Below are positions 27,668 to 37,793 of a stretch of 64,000 bases of DNA, piece after piece. The translations under genes and the position numbers were made by a program. How positions within the stretch are numbered: position 1 is the first letter of the stretch; every line of letters starts with the position of its first letter. The notes under the pieces are model-generated. The model searched no databases. It had not been told where the DNA came from and saw nothing but the letters and a program-made list of their open reading frames with translations. This DNA is from Nitrospirota bacterium (GTDB lineage Bacteria; Nitrospirota; Thermodesulfovibrionia; Thermodesulfovibrionales; SM23-35), in assembly GCA_049323875.1 (NCBI GenBank), contig JBMOLW010000033.1, positions 133,339 to 197,338 on the forward strand, in the 5' to 3' direction.

Positions 27668-29246
27668 CGTTCTCCAGCGACAAAAAGGCAGATGGCATAT
27701 ATTCCAGTATATCGGTTGCGATCACTCCCTGAAACCCTTTCACCGATGCAGCGATATCCCCCGCAAGCCCATGGATGAATACCCCGAGAATAGACGCGTT
27801 GAGGGGAGTGATCTTCTGACCCAGCAGACCACTGATGATTCCGGTGAGAACATCACCAGAACCCGCTGATGCCATTCCGGGATTTCCCGTTGAATTGAAA
27901 AAAACCTGTCCATCCGGAGCTGCGGTAAGTGTAGGGACACCTTTCAGGACAAGACAGGCACCTGTTGCTCTCGTAAATGTTATCGCAGTATGAACCCTGT
28001 CCTTTTCTATTTCATCACGGAGGCGAGCGCGTGCAGCTTCATTCCTGCCCTTTGCCCTTTGCTCTTTGCCGAGCAGTCTTGCCATCTCACCCGGATGGGG
28101 GGTGAGAATCACGGGACCCCCTGCTCCCGAGAAAAGAGTCTTCCCCCCTGTGATTGCATTGATTCCGTCTGCATCAACCACAACCGGCACCCCCGCTTTC
28201 CTGATCAGGGAACTCACCAGGTGTTCTATGTCCCCGCTTACCCCGATGCCGGGCCCTATTGCCAGCACATCGGCTTTTGTATGGAGAAATTCAAGGACGG
28301 GCCTGAGCGCATTGCGGGAGAGCGTGCCGTCCCCCCTATCCGGCAGGGAGAGGGTCATCTCTTCAGTTACCCGAGCCTGAAAAACCTCAGCAAGCGATTC
28401 CGGAACTCCGAGCGTAACACATCCCGCGCCGGCTCTCATGCATGCATGTGCAGCCATGAGGGCAGCGCCGGTTTTTCCCTTTGAACCGGCTATGACAAGC
28501 ACATGTCCGTATGTTCCCTTGTGCGAACAGGCAGGTCTTGAAGGCAGAAGCGCAGCCGCCTCTTCTCTTCCGGTCAAGTCTGCCGCGATTTTCTGCGATC
28601 TCAGCAACTGTTCAGGGAAGCCGATATTTTCGATAAAGAGCCTTCCGGTATATTCAGCTCCGGGATAGAGGAGATGACCCCTTTTCGGAAGTCCGAAGGT
28701 CACGGTGCAGTCTGCCCTGACCGCATTGCCCATAACCTGCCCGGTATCGGACGAGATACCGGTGGGAATATCTATGCTGATCACAGGCACCCCTGATTCA
28801 TTGATTCTCAAGATGGCTTCTGACAGCACACCACTGACATTCTTATCCAGCCCCGTCCCCAGGAGCGCATCAACCAGAATCGGACGGGCATGAAAGATCG
28901 ACGAACGGTTTATGAGAAAATTTTCGATCGGGTTAACAGACACGCCGCATTTTCTGGCAATTCTGTATTGCCGGAGAGCATCGCCCCGGAGAGCATCCTG
29001 TCTCCCCGCAAGGAAAACTTTCACGTCCCATCCTTCATTCTGAAGGGTTCGGGCAACTACCATGCCGTCGCCGCCGTTGTTGCCTCTTCCCGCGAGAATA
29101 ACGACCCGTCTCCTTCCAAAGCGCTCCCGGATCCTCGCAACAATTGCAAGTCCAGCCCTCTCCATAAGGACAATCCCCGGGATGCCCAGCCCCTCAATAG
29201 CCTCTCTGTCCAGTTCGCGCATCTCTGCAGCCGTAACAACCTTCAT
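27660..29246 (-). CDS. nnr: bifunctional NAD(P)H-hydrate epimerase/dehydratase
   Basis: 528 aa. N-terminal YjeF-N region (GRGNNGGDG) and a C-terminal carbohydrate-kinase-like dehydratase domain. Confidence 0.9.
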   Translation of the reverse strand: MKVVTAAEMRELDREAIEGLGIPGIVLMERAGLAIVARIRERFGRRRVVILAGRGNNGGDGMVVARTLQNEGWDVKVFLAGRQDALRGDALRQYRIARKCGVSVNPIENFLINRSSIFHARPILVDALLGTGLDKNVSGVLSEAILRINESGVPVISIDIPTGISSDTGQVMGNAVRADCTVTFGLPKRGHLLYPGAEYTGRLFIENIGFPEQLLRSQKIAADLTGREEAAALLPSRPACSHKGTYGHVLVIAGSKGKTGAALMAAHACMRAGAGCVTLGVPESLAEVFQARVTEEMTLSLPDRGDGTLSRNALRPVLEFLHTKADVLAIGPGIGVSGDIEHLVSSLIRKAGVPVVVDADGINAITGGKTLFSGAGGPVILTPHPGEMARLLGKEQRAKGRNEAARARLRDEIEKDRVHTAITFTRATGACLVLKGVPTLTAAPDGQVFFNSTGNPGMASAGSGDVLTGIISGLLGQKITPLNASILGVFIHGLAGDIAASVKGFQGVIATDILEYMPSAFLSLENDA

Positions 29247-29361
29247 GCTGGTTTTTCCTGTTTTTTCCTCATATTGGCAGCACTTTTACCTGAAATTATA
29301 GCACTCTGGGATAATTTATACATAAACTCCTTAACTTACTGTTTTTTTTACCTAATTTATT

Positions 29362-29390
29362 TGACAAACTGACCGCAAGCAAGTAATAAT
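29362..29390 (+). promoter_or_regulatory. candidate sigma70-type promoter placed so close to ATG 29398 that the mRNA may be leaderless
   Basis: TTGACA (29362-29367), a 17-nt spacer, then TAATAA (29385-29390). Only 7 nt separate the -10 from the ATG, and there is no SD. Confidence 0.3.
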
Positions 29391-29397
29391 TACACCT

Positions 29398-30960
29398 ATG
29401 GCTGCGCCGTGTAAAAAGAGACCACCTCTTGGTCAGCTTCTTATCGAGAGCGGGCTGATCAATTCGAATCAGCTCAAGGAAGCGCTCAAGAAACAGGCCC
29501 AGATCGGCGGGCAACTGGGGTCGATACTGGTCGATATGGAATATATCACCACCGATGACTTACTGAGCTTCCTCAGCCAGCAGCTCGGCATCCCCTCGGT
29601 AAACCTCCTCCATACCAATATTGCCCAGGATGTCCTCAAACTCATGCCTCTCGAGAAGATTAAATCAATGAAGGCACTTCCCCTGAGCGTTGACGAAAAT
29701 TCCATAACCCTTGGCATGGTTAACCCGAGGGATATGCTTTCAATCAGGGATATTGAATTTTCTATCGGGAAGAAAGTCAACGCCGTAGTTGTCCCTGCCA
29801 CACAGATGGAAGCCGCAATTCAGAGTCTCATGCAGAACCCCGGAATCGCGCTTACCGGAGAAGGAATTGCCAAAGAGGTCCGCAAGTCGGAGATGAAAAA
29901 GGCCCCGCCTCTCATGACGCTGTTGAAGTATCTTGCCGGATCACCCGCAACCGATATGCTCCTTACCGCAGGCGTGTCTCCTTCCATAAAGCTCGGCAAC
30001 GATATCAAGCGTGCTGCAATGATCCCGCTCTCTCCTGCTGATTGCGAACGGTATGCACGGGAAATCATGTCTGAAAATGACTGGTCGGCTTTCAGCGAAA
30101 AAGGTGATTTTGATCTGGCGGTTACCTATCCGGAGATAGGACGCTTCAGGGTCAACCTTTACCGGCAGAGAGGGTCTGTCTCGATCACTATCCGCCGGAT
30201 TATCGACATCCTGCCTTCGTTGCAGGAACTGCGCCTGCCTGAATGGATAAGGGACTTTATCCTGCTGCCCCAGGGGCTGATCCTGGTATCCGGGCCTGCC
30301 GGCCACGGCAAAAGCACGACCCTCGCAGCAATGGTAGATATCATAAATTCCAGCAGAAAATGCAATATTGTAACCCTTGAGGACCCGATCGAATACCTCC
30401 ACAAGCATAAAAAAAGCAACGTGAATCAGCGTGAAATCGGCCTGGATACCGAGTCATTCTATGAAGGGCTGAAACATGTCTTCCGGCAGGATCCCGATGT
30501 AATCGTAGTGGGAGAAATGAGAGACCCCGACAGCTTCTCAATTGCATTGCAGGCAGCTGATACCGGTCATCTCGTAATAACCACGGTCCATGCAAGCACC
30601 TCAGCGTCTACCGTGGAGCGCGTCATCAACATGTTTCCTCCCCACCAGCAGACTCTCATACGGTCCCGCATAGCAGACAACCTCCTCTTTGTCCTTGCCC
30701 AGAGACTTGTCCCGGGAAGAACAGGGGAAGGGAGAGTGCTTGCTACCGAGAAAGTCATCAACAGCGACCGGGTGAAGAACTTTATCAGGGAAGGAAAAAC
30801 ACATCAGCTTAAACCCCAGATGCTTTCAGGAACCGAGGAATTCAGTCCCCTGGAAGCGTCCCTTGCACAGCTGTACCATTCAGGCCTTATTCGCTTTGAA
30901 GACGGCCTCTTCTACTCCGAAAACAAACAGTTTTTCAAAGATATCGCAAGAACTCCATAA
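29398..30960 (+). CDS. PilT-type hexameric ATPase with an N-terminal MshEN-like + T2SSE_N extension
   Basis: The C-terminal 350 aa are PilT-like (ATDMLLTAGVSPSIKLG, GPAGHGKSTTLAAMVD, DPDVIVVGEMRD, GHLVITTVHAS). The N-terminus has two 24-residue xLGxxLLxxGLIxxxxLxxxLxxQ motifs separated by 5 residues. Confidence 0.85.
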   Translation: MAAPCKKRPPLGQLLIESGLINSNQLKEALKKQAQIGGQLGSILVDMEYITTDDLLSFLSQQLGIPSVNLLHTNIAQDVLKLMPLEKIKSMKALPLSVDENSITLGMVNPRDMLSIRDIEFSIGKKVNAVVVPATQMEAAIQSLMQNPGIALTGEGIAKEVRKSEMKKAPPLMTLLKYLAGSPATDMLLTAGVSPSIKLGNDIKRAAMIPLSPADCERYAREIMSENDWSAFSEKGDFDLAVTYPEIGRFRVNLYRQRGSVSITIRRIIDILPSLQELRLPEWIRDFILLPQGLILVSGPAGHGKSTTLAAMVDIINSSRKCNIVTLEDPIEYLHKHKKSNVNQREIGLDTESFYEGLKHVFRQDPDVIVVGEMRDPDSFSIALQAADTGHLVITTVHASTSASTVERVINMFPPHQQTLIRSRIADNLLFVLAQRLVPGRTGEGRVLATEKVINSDRVKNFIREGKTHQLKPQMLSGTEEFSPLEASLAQLYHSGLIRFEDGLFYSENKQFFKDIARTP

Positions 30961-31035
30961 CCCCTTCTCTTTTAAATCCTTGTGTAATCGCCCAAGAAAA
31001 TATTAAGATAAAAACTCTACGGAGGTTGCAAACTT

Positions 31036-32472
31036 TTGGAAGAAAAGAAGAATAAAGGCATCGCAGACAGATTCTGGGAATTTCTCGCTTCCGTCAGGCT
31101 TGCGATTATCATCTTCGCCCTGATTGCACTCACCTCGATCATCGGTACAATCCTGGAGCAGGGAGCCGACGAGGCGAGGAACCTGAAGATCCTTGCCAAA
31201 CTCTTCGGCGAATCCGCTGCCCCGTCACTGTTCACCTTGTTCAGCAATCTCGGATTCATGGACATGTACCACTCCTGGTGGTTCACCGCCCTTCTGGTCC
31301 TCTTTTCCGTCAACCTCATCATCTGCTCACTCGACAGGCTCCCCAGGATATGGAAATTGGTCACTGAACCGATGGGTCCGTTACCCACGGATAAACTCAG
31401 GCAATTCCTTATTACCCGGGAAATTGTTGTAAAAGGACCTCCGGCTGCACTGAAGGATTCTGTCGCCGGAGCACTGAAACAGGCCGGGTTCAAAAGCCGG
31501 GAGGCAGCCGAAGAAAACGGTTTCCAGTTCTTCTCCCAGAAAGGACGGTTCGGAAGGCTCGGTGTCTTCATCACCCATTTCAGCATCCTCATCATCCTGT
31601 GCGGAGCGATTATCGGACTGAAGTTCGGGTTTAAGGGATATGTGAACGTCCCGGAGGGCACAGCAACAAACGTCGCCTTTTCAGACAGTGGCGCCAGAAG
31701 CATTCCCCTTGGTTTCGAGGTCAGATGCGACAACTTCGATGTTGAATTCTATGAAAAGACAGATATGCCGAAGGAGTATAAAAGCTGGCTGACCGTGATC
31801 GAGGACGGCCGTGAGGTCTTGCAAAAATCGATAGTGGTGAACGACCCTCTCACCTATAAAGGCATCACCTTCTATCAGTCGAGTTATGGTTTCATACCTG
31901 AAAACATGAACCGGGGCATATTGGTTCTCAGGCTGGTCTCTGCTGCCGGACAGTCTGCTGATGTTCAGCTGAGACTGGGCGACAGCTTCCAGATACCGGG
32001 TTCCGGCATTACCGGCAAAATCATCAATTTCAGTCCCGCACTCCGCATCGATGAGCACGGACATGCATTCACCTATGCGAACCAGATGAGCAACCCCGCG
32101 GTACTCATCGACTTTTCGGAATCAGGCAGCCGAACACTCACCGGCTGGCTCCTGAAAAGACATCCCGGGACATGGCAACTGCCGGGCGGAGACCGGGTTG
32201 AGTTCCTTGACTTCTGGGGCGTTGAATTCACCGGGCTCCAGGTAAGAAAAGATCCCGGCGTCTGGATCGTATATTTCGGCTGCATCGCAATGAGTGCAGG
32301 ACTCTTCATCGCATTCTTCATGAGCCACAGGAAGATATGGGTCAAACTCATTGAAGAAAAAAGTTCCACGAGAATACTCATCGGCGCCACCGCGAATAAA
32401 AACCGGGCTGCGCTCGAGAAGAAGGTCGACGGCCTGCTTTCCCTGCTCAGCAGGAAGCAAAAAGGAGAATAA
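31036..32472 (+). CDS. resB: system II cytochrome c biogenesis protein ResB/Ccs1
   Basis: 478 aa with a TTG start. FWEFLASVRLAIIIFALIALTSIIGTILEQ is a typical ResB N-terminus. Large periplasmic loop and a C-terminal TM segment. Confidence 0.85.
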   Translation: MEEKKNKGIADRFWEFLASVRLAIIIFALIALTSIIGTILEQGADEARNLKILAKLFGESAAPSLFTLFSNLGFMDMYHSWWFTALLVLFSVNLIICSLDRLPRIWKLVTEPMGPLPTDKLRQFLITREIVVKGPPAALKDSVAGALKQAGFKSREAAEENGFQFFSQKGRFGRLGVFITHFSILIILCGAIIGLKFGFKGYVNVPEGTATNVAFSDSGARSIPLGFEVRCDNFDVEFYEKTDMPKEYKSWLTVIEDGREVLQKSIVVNDPLTYKGITFYQSSYGFIPENMNRGILVLRLVSAAGQSADVQLRLGDSFQIPGSGITGKIINFSPALRIDEHGHAFTYANQMSNPAVLIDFSESGSRTLTGWLLKRHPGTWQLPGGDRVEFLDFWGVEFTGLQVRKDPGVWIVYFGCIAMSAGLFIAFFMSHRKIWVKLIEEKSSTRILIGATANKNRAALEKKVDGLLSLLSRKQKGE

Positions 32473-32475
32473 GAA

Positions 32476-33558
32476 ATGGACAGTTCTGCATTGTTCGGCA
32501 TCTCCACCATGGCATATATCATGGCCATGATCATGTATATATCCTATCTCGCCTTCAGGAAAGAACCGATCGGGGTTACCGCAACAGTAACCACGGTTGC
32601 GGGGCTTGCGGCACAAACCCTGGCGATCATTCTGCGCTGGAAGGAGTTCGCTGATCTGAGCGGCATGGGTTTTCTCCGTTCCGCTCCTCTCACCAATCTG
32701 TATGAGTCCCTCATCTTCTTTGTGTGGTGTCTCATTCTCGGGTATCTCCTCATCGAATTCCGGTTCAAAAACCGTCTGTTCGGAGCCTTTGTCACCCCCA
32801 TCGCAGGGATCGCCCTTGCATTTATCGACCTGACCGGGGTATCAAAAGAGATTCAGCCTCTCGTACCCGCCCTCAAAAGCAACTGGCTTCTCGCCCATGT
32901 TACGATGAGTTTTATTGCCTATGCAGCGTTCTCGATCTCTTTCAGCACCGGCCTTATGTACCTTATCGTCTCAACCGACAAAAAAAGGGAACCTTCGTAT
33001 ATCTTCTGGACGCTTACTTTCGGGATTTTTGCGATTGTGATGATCGCAATGGCGATAGATCTGCTTTCTTTTAAAGTTGCCGTCAGACCGGATGTATTCG
33101 TCAAAAGCTATCTGTTCAAGACTACGTTCCTGAACCCCTCGGCACCGGTAAAACTCCTGAGCTGGATCGTTTCCGTCGCCATCCTCCTGGTCGTCTGGCA
33201 GTACGGTTCGATCCTGAAGAATGTTATTCAGAAGGTGAACATCAATGCCGAGATGCTTGACGAAATCACGTACAAAAGCATCGCGGTCGGCTTCCCGATC
33301 TTCACCCTCGGAGGACTCATCTTTGGGGCCATCTGGGCCGACCAGGCGTGGGGCGTGTACTGGAGCTGGGACCCCAAGGAAACCTGGTCCCTCATAACCT
33401 GGTTTATCTACGCCTTCTACCTCCACGGACGGATGATTCGAGGATGGAAGGGGAAGAAAGTCGCGATAGTTTCTGTGATAGGGTTTATGGCTGTGATCTT
33501 CACCTATCTCGGGGTGAACCTTCTCCTCTCAGGACTTCACGCTTACGGGTCCCAGTAG
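32476..33558 (+). CDS. ccsA: system II cytochrome c biogenesis haem-handling protein CcsA/ResC
   Basis: 360 aa polytopic protein. Trp-rich WWD-type motif WGVYWSWDPKETWSLITW. Confidence 0.85.
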   Translation: MDSSALFGISTMAYIMAMIMYISYLAFRKEPIGVTATVTTVAGLAAQTLAIILRWKEFADLSGMGFLRSAPLTNLYESLIFFVWCLILGYLLIEFRFKNRLFGAFVTPIAGIALAFIDLTGVSKEIQPLVPALKSNWLLAHVTMSFIAYAAFSISFSTGLMYLIVSTDKKREPSYIFWTLTFGIFAIVMIAMAIDLLSFKVAVRPDVFVKSYLFKTTFLNPSAPVKLLSWIVSVAILLVVWQYGSILKNVIQKVNINAEMLDEITYKSIAVGFPIFTLGGLIFGAIWADQAWGVYWSWDPKETWSLITWFIYAFYLHGRMIRGWKGKKVAIVSVIGFMAVIFTYLGVNLLLSGLHAYGSQ

Positions 33559-33582
33559 CACAAGTCCAGAGTTCCCTTTGCC

Positions 33583-33612
33583 TTGAAAACATATCTTGTT
33601 TCAAGATACAAT
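33583..33612 (+). promoter_or_regulatory. candidate sigma70-type promoter for htpX
   Basis: TTGAAA (33583-33588), an 18-nt spacer, then TACAAT (33607-33612). Confidence 0.35.
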
Positions 33613-33651
33613 TTATTATTAGCTCACGCTTAAGACGGAGGCAATTACAGT

Positions 33652-34491
33652 ATGAACACCATAAAAACAATGGTTCTCCTCGTAACTCTTACGCTCATTC
33701 TGGTATGGGCGGGAGGGGCGCTGGGAGGCAGACAGGGAATGACGTTTGCCCTGATTTTTGCATTAGGGATAAATTTTGTATCCTACTGGTTCAGTGACAA
33801 AATAGTCCTGAAGATGTACCGCGCCCGGGAAGTGAATGAAACACAGGCGCCTGAACTCTATGCCATGGTGAGGATGCTCGCCCAGAAAGCCGGGCTGCCC
33901 ATGCCAAAGGTCTGTCTGATCGATCAGGAACAACCGAATGCGTTTGCAACAGGGAGAAGCCCCCGGCATGCTGCGGTCGCGGTAACAACCGGTATTATGC
34001 GTATCCTGAGCAGGGAAGAACTCCAGGGAGTCCTAGCCCATGAGCTTGCCCATGTAAAGCACAGGGACATCCTCATCGGTACCGTTGCCGCTACCCTTGC
34101 CGGCGCTGTCAGTTACCTCGCGCAGATGGCGCAATGGGCGATGATCTTCGGCGGGCACAGAGACGATGAAGAGGGCGGAAACCCGATCGCTGCCTTTGCC
34201 ATGATGATTATCGGCCCTCTCGCGGCTCTCATCATACAGATGGCGATATCGAGGTCAAGAGAATATGCTGCCGACCAGGGCGGCGCAGCCATTGCAGGCA
34301 ATCCGCGTTATCTTGCCGGAGCCCTGAGGAAGCTTCATCAGGCATCCCGGCAGATCCCCATGCAGGCGAACCCCGCTACCTCGCACCTGTTTATCGTAAA
34401 TCCCCTGTCAGGCGGCGGCCTGCTTAAGCTCTTCAGTACCCATCCGCCGATCGAAGAGCGTATTGCAAGGCTGGAATCCATGGGCCGCTGA
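33652..34491 (+). CDS. htpX: membrane zinc metalloprotease HtpX
   Basis: 279 aa. [10 protein letters not shown] (HExxH motif) and TM segments. Confidence 0.9.
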   Translation: MNTIKTMVLLVTLTLILVWAGGALGGRQGMTFALIFALGINFVSYWFSDKIVLKMYRAREVNETQAPELYAMVRMLAQKAGLPMPKVCLIDQEQPNAFATGRSPRHAAVAVTTGIMRILSREELQGVLAHELAHVKHRDILIGTVAATLAGAVSYLAQMAQWAMIFGGHRDDEEGGNPIAAFAMMIIGPLAALIIQMAISRSREYAADQGGAAIAGNPRYLAGALRKLHQASRQIPMQANPATSHLFIVNPLSGGGLLKLFSTHPPIEERIARLESMGR

Positions 34492-34537
34492 TTTGGTTTC
34501 GCCTCTCTCTCTCCGCTATGCGGGACAGGATTACCGG

Positions 34538-35500
34538 ATGAAAGCACTGGTTACCGGCGCTTCGGGTTTTATAGGAAGCCATTTATGTGAAGAACTCGTC
34601 AGGAGAGGATACAGGATTACCTGCCTCTCCAGGCAAGCTTCCAGCCTCGCCTGGATCGAGAATCTCGATATAGACCTCGTCAAAGGGGATTGCACGCAAA
34701 TCGAAACCCTGAGAAAGGCTGTCGGCGGGTTCGATTATGTCTTTCATCTTGCCGGCCTCACCAAAGCAAGTTCATCCGGTGAGTTTTTCTGCATTAACAC
34801 CCAGGGCACCGACAATCTCATTCAGGCAGTTGCGGAACACAATCCGGGACTGAAACGGTTCGTCTACCTGAGCAGCCTTGCGGCAGCCGGCCCGAGCGCG
34901 ACGAAACACCCTTTGTGCGAGGATGCATTGCCCTCGCCGGTTTCAGACTACGGAAAGAGTAAACTGGAGGGAGAAAAAGCTGTATTGCGGTTTGCAAAAA
35001 AGCTCCCGGTTACTATCCTGAGACCCCCTGCAATTTACGGGCCGAGAGACAGGGATATGCTGCTCATATTCAGGATGATTAAAAAAGGCATTTTTTTTGA
35101 TCTTGGGAAATGTTATTATTCATTGCTCTACGTAGATGACCTCGTTCAGGGTATAATATCATGCGCCGAGAATACCAAGGCGGAGGGGAAAGTTTATTTT
35201 CTCTGCGACACAAAATACTATACGGGTGATGAGATTGCAATGCACATATCCGACGCCCTTGCGGTAAAAGCTTTTCCGCTCAGGGTTCCGAAATTCCTTA
35301 TGCCGATTTTTGCATTCCTCGGCGAGAGGTTCAACCGGCAGGGGATCATCAACAGGGACAGGGTCAAGGACTTCAGACATGCGTACTGGATATGTAATGC
35401 ACAAAAGGCCCGGGAAGAGATCGGCTTCCTCCCGAAAGTCGGCCTCAGGGAAGGAATACAATGGACCGCAGACTGGTACCGGATTCATCAATGGCTATAA
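34538..35500 (+). CDS. NAD(P)-dependent epimerase/dehydratase-family reductase (candidate ceramide reductase CerR-like)
   Basis: Start trimmed to [20 protein letters not shown] (Rossmann GxxGxxG). Extended SDR fold. Overlaps the next gene by 10 nt. Confidence 0.75.
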   Translation: MKALVTGASGFIGSHLCEELVRRGYRITCLSRQASSLAWIENLDIDLVKGDCTQIETLRKAVGGFDYVFHLAGLTKASSSGEFFCINTQGTDNLIQAVAEHNPGLKRFVYLSSLAAAGPSATKHPLCEDALPSPVSDYGKSKLEGEKAVLRFAKKLPVTILRPPAIYGPRDRDMLLIFRMIKKGIFFDLGKCYYSLLYVDDLVQGIISCAENTKAEGKVYFLCDTKYYTGDEIAMHISDALAVKAFPLRVPKFLMPIFAFLGERFNRQGIINRDRVKDFRHAYWICNAQKAREEIGFLPKVGLREGIQWTADWYRIHQWL

Positions 35501-36690
35501 AAAGATCCGCAGATATATTTGAGAAATGCTATAAATTTCAAAAGGCTAAGACACTCATATCCTATGGGCTATATCCCTACTTCAGGGTCATCGAGAGTGC
35601 ACAGGACCCGGAGATCGTCATGAACGGCAAAAGGATGATCATGGTGGGGTCGAACAATTACCTGGGGCTCACCAACCACCCCAGGGTAAAAGAAGCAGCT
35701 CTGGCAGCAATAAGGAAATACGGGACCGGTTGTGCCGGTTCACGGTTTCTGAACGGCACACTCGACATCCATGTGGAACTTGAGGAAAAACTTGCGAGAT
35801 TCTCACGGAAAGAGGCAGCCCTCATCTTCTCAACCGGATTTCAGGTCAATCTCGGCGTCATCTCGGCGCTCGTGGGAAAAGACGACATCGTGGTGATCGA
35901 CAAAATGGATCATGCGAGTATTATCGACGGATGCAGGCTCTCTTTCGGCGAAATCAGAAAATTCAGGCACAACGAGCCGGCTGACCTCGAACGGGTGCTG
36001 AAGGAAAATGAAGAGAAGAATAAACTGGTTGTGGTTGACGGAGTCTTCAGCATGGAAGGTGATATCGCCCGTCTTGCTGAAATTCTGCCGCTTGTAAACA
36101 AATACGGAGCCGGGCTTATGGTCGATGATGCGCATGGCATCGGTGTACTCGGGAAAACGGGGCGGGGCACTGCAGAACATTTCGGACTCGAAGATGAGGT
36201 TGATCTCATCATGGGAACATACAGTAAATCGCTTGCTTCCATCGGTGGGTTTATCGCAGGTTCTGCTGACGTCGTTCATTATATAAAACATTGCGCCCGG
36301 TCGCTCATCTTCAGCGCAAGCCCTCCTCCCGCTTCTGTTGCCTCAGTGAGTGCAGCAATCGACATCATCGAATCCGAACCTGAGAGGAGAGAAAAGCTCT
36401 GGAAGAATACCGGGAAGATAATGGACGGATTCAAAAGCCTCGGCTTCAGGACGGGGAACAGCCAGACGCCGATTATCCCTGTCATTGTCGGTGAGGATGA
36501 AAAGGCATTCAAAATGGCTATGCTGCTTCAGGATGAAGGGGTTTTTGCAAATGTAGCAGTCACCCCTGCAGTCCCAAACGGCATGGCACTCATCAGGACG
36601 AGTTACATGGCAACCCACACTGATGAGCATCTCGATATCGTTCTCAGCGCATTCGAAAAGGTCGGCAAGGCATTGGGCCTCATCGGATGA
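35491..36690 (+). CDS. alpha-oxoamine synthase (serine palmitoyltransferase / 8-amino-7-oxononanoate synthase family)
   Basis: About 399 aa. [42 protein letters not shown], then [10 protein letters not shown] and [12 protein letters not shown] (PLP lysine). Confidence 0.8.
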   Translation: MAIKRSADIFEKCYKFQKAKTLISYGLYPYFRVIESAQDPEIVMNGKRMIMVGSNNYLGLTNHPRVKEAALAAIRKYGTGCAGSRFLNGTLDIHVELEEKLARFSRKEAALIFSTGFQVNLGVISALVGKDDIVVIDKMDHASIIDGCRLSFGEIRKFRHNEPADLERVLKENEEKNKLVVVDGVFSMEGDIARLAEILPLVNKYGAGLMVDDAHGIGVLGKTGRGTAEHFGLEDEVDLIMGTYSKSLASIGGFIAGSADVVHYIKHCARSLIFSASPPPASVASVSAAIDIIESEPERREKLWKNTGKIMDGFKSLGFRTGNSQTPIIPVIVGEDEKAFKMAMLLQDEGVFANVAVTPAVPNGMALIRTSYMATHTDEHLDIVLSAFEKVGKALGLIG

Positions 36691-37793
36691 GTGAAGTCGT
36701 TGAGGTTGCAACTGAGAAAGACCTCGACGATTTTATCCGCTTCCCGTACTCACTCTATGCGCACGATCCGTACTATATCCCTCCCCTACTCCCGGAGCTC
36801 AGAAAACAGTTTTCCCGAAAGAATCCTTTTTTTCTCCACGCAAAAGTACGGTTTTTTCTTGCGAGAATCAACGGCAGGCAGGCAGGCAGGATCGTTTCGA
36901 TTGTCAATCACCGGCATATCGAGTTCCATAAAGAACGAACCGGGTTTTTCGGGTTTTTTGAATCGCTGAACGAACAGTCAGTTGCTGACGCCCTTCTGAA
37001 CAGGGTCTCGGAAATACTGAAACAGGAAGGCATCGAGACCCTCCGCGGGCCCATGAATTTCTCGACGAACGAGGAATGCGGCATGCTCATCGAAGGGTTT
37101 AACCTGCACCCTGCCCTCATGACGCCGTACAACCCCCCTTATTATCATCACCTGATGGAAACCCATGGGATGACAAAGGCCAAGGACCTTTTTGCCTATA
37201 TCTGTGATATTCCGCAACAACTTCCGGAAAAGGTCCTCAGGGTTGCCGCGATCGCAGAGAAGAGCGGAATCACCGTGAGACCGGTCGAAAAAAAGCGTTT
37301 CGCTGATGAAATGCGGATATTTCAGGAAGTATACAACTCAGCATGGGAAAAGAACTGGGGGTTTATCCCGCTCACAGACGAAGAACTCAGGTACCTTGCG
37401 GATAGCTTGAAGCCAATCGTAATTCCCGAAATGACTCTCGTCGCGGAAAAAAATAATGAGCCCGTTGGTTTCCTCGGAATTCTTCCTGACTATAATTTTG
37501 TTCTGAAAAAAATGCGGGGCAAAGTTAATCCCTTAACGATACTGAAAGCCCTTTACTATGCAAAGAGAATAAAACTGATGAGGCTGCTCCTTCTCGGCAT
37601 CAAACCTCACTACAGAAACAGAGGGGTGGATGCGCTGCTCTTCCGGGAAGGATTCAGGGGTTCACTGAAGAACGGCTTCCGGCGGGTTGAGTTCTCATGG
37701 ATACTCGAGGATAATATCCCAACCCAGAGGCTCGTGGAAATGATCGGCGGAGAATTATACAAAAAATACAGGATTTACGAAAGAAAGCTCTAA
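36687..37793 (+). CDS. 368-aa GNAT-like acyltransferase (candidate bacterial ceramide synthase-like)
   Basis: ATGA overlap with the preceding gene. [27 protein letters not shown]...FFGFFES...[20 protein letters not shown] matches a long-form GNAT family I recognise only at family level. Confidence 0.55.
   Translation: MSEVVEVATEKDLDDFIRFPYSLYAHDPYYIPPLLPELRKQFSRKNPFFLHAKVRFFLARINGRQAGRIVSIVNHRHIEFHKERTGFFGFFESLNEQSVADALLNRVSEILKQEGIETLRGPMNFSTNEECGMLIEGFNLHPALMTPYNPPYYHHLMETHGMTKAKDLFAYICDIPQQLPEKVLRVAAIAEKSGITVRPVEKKRFADEMRIFQEVYNSAWEKNWGFIPLTDEELRYLADSLKPIVIPEMTLVAEKNNEPVGFLGILPDYNFVLKKMRGKVNPLTILKALYYAKRIKLMRLLLLGIKPHYRNRGVDALLFREGFRGSLKNGFRRVEFSWILEDNIPTQRLVEMIGGELYKKYRIYERKL

Noticed and set aside
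31017-31733. 238-aa minus-strand ORF
   Set aside because: It is antisense to resB, which has the expected topology and N-terminal signature.
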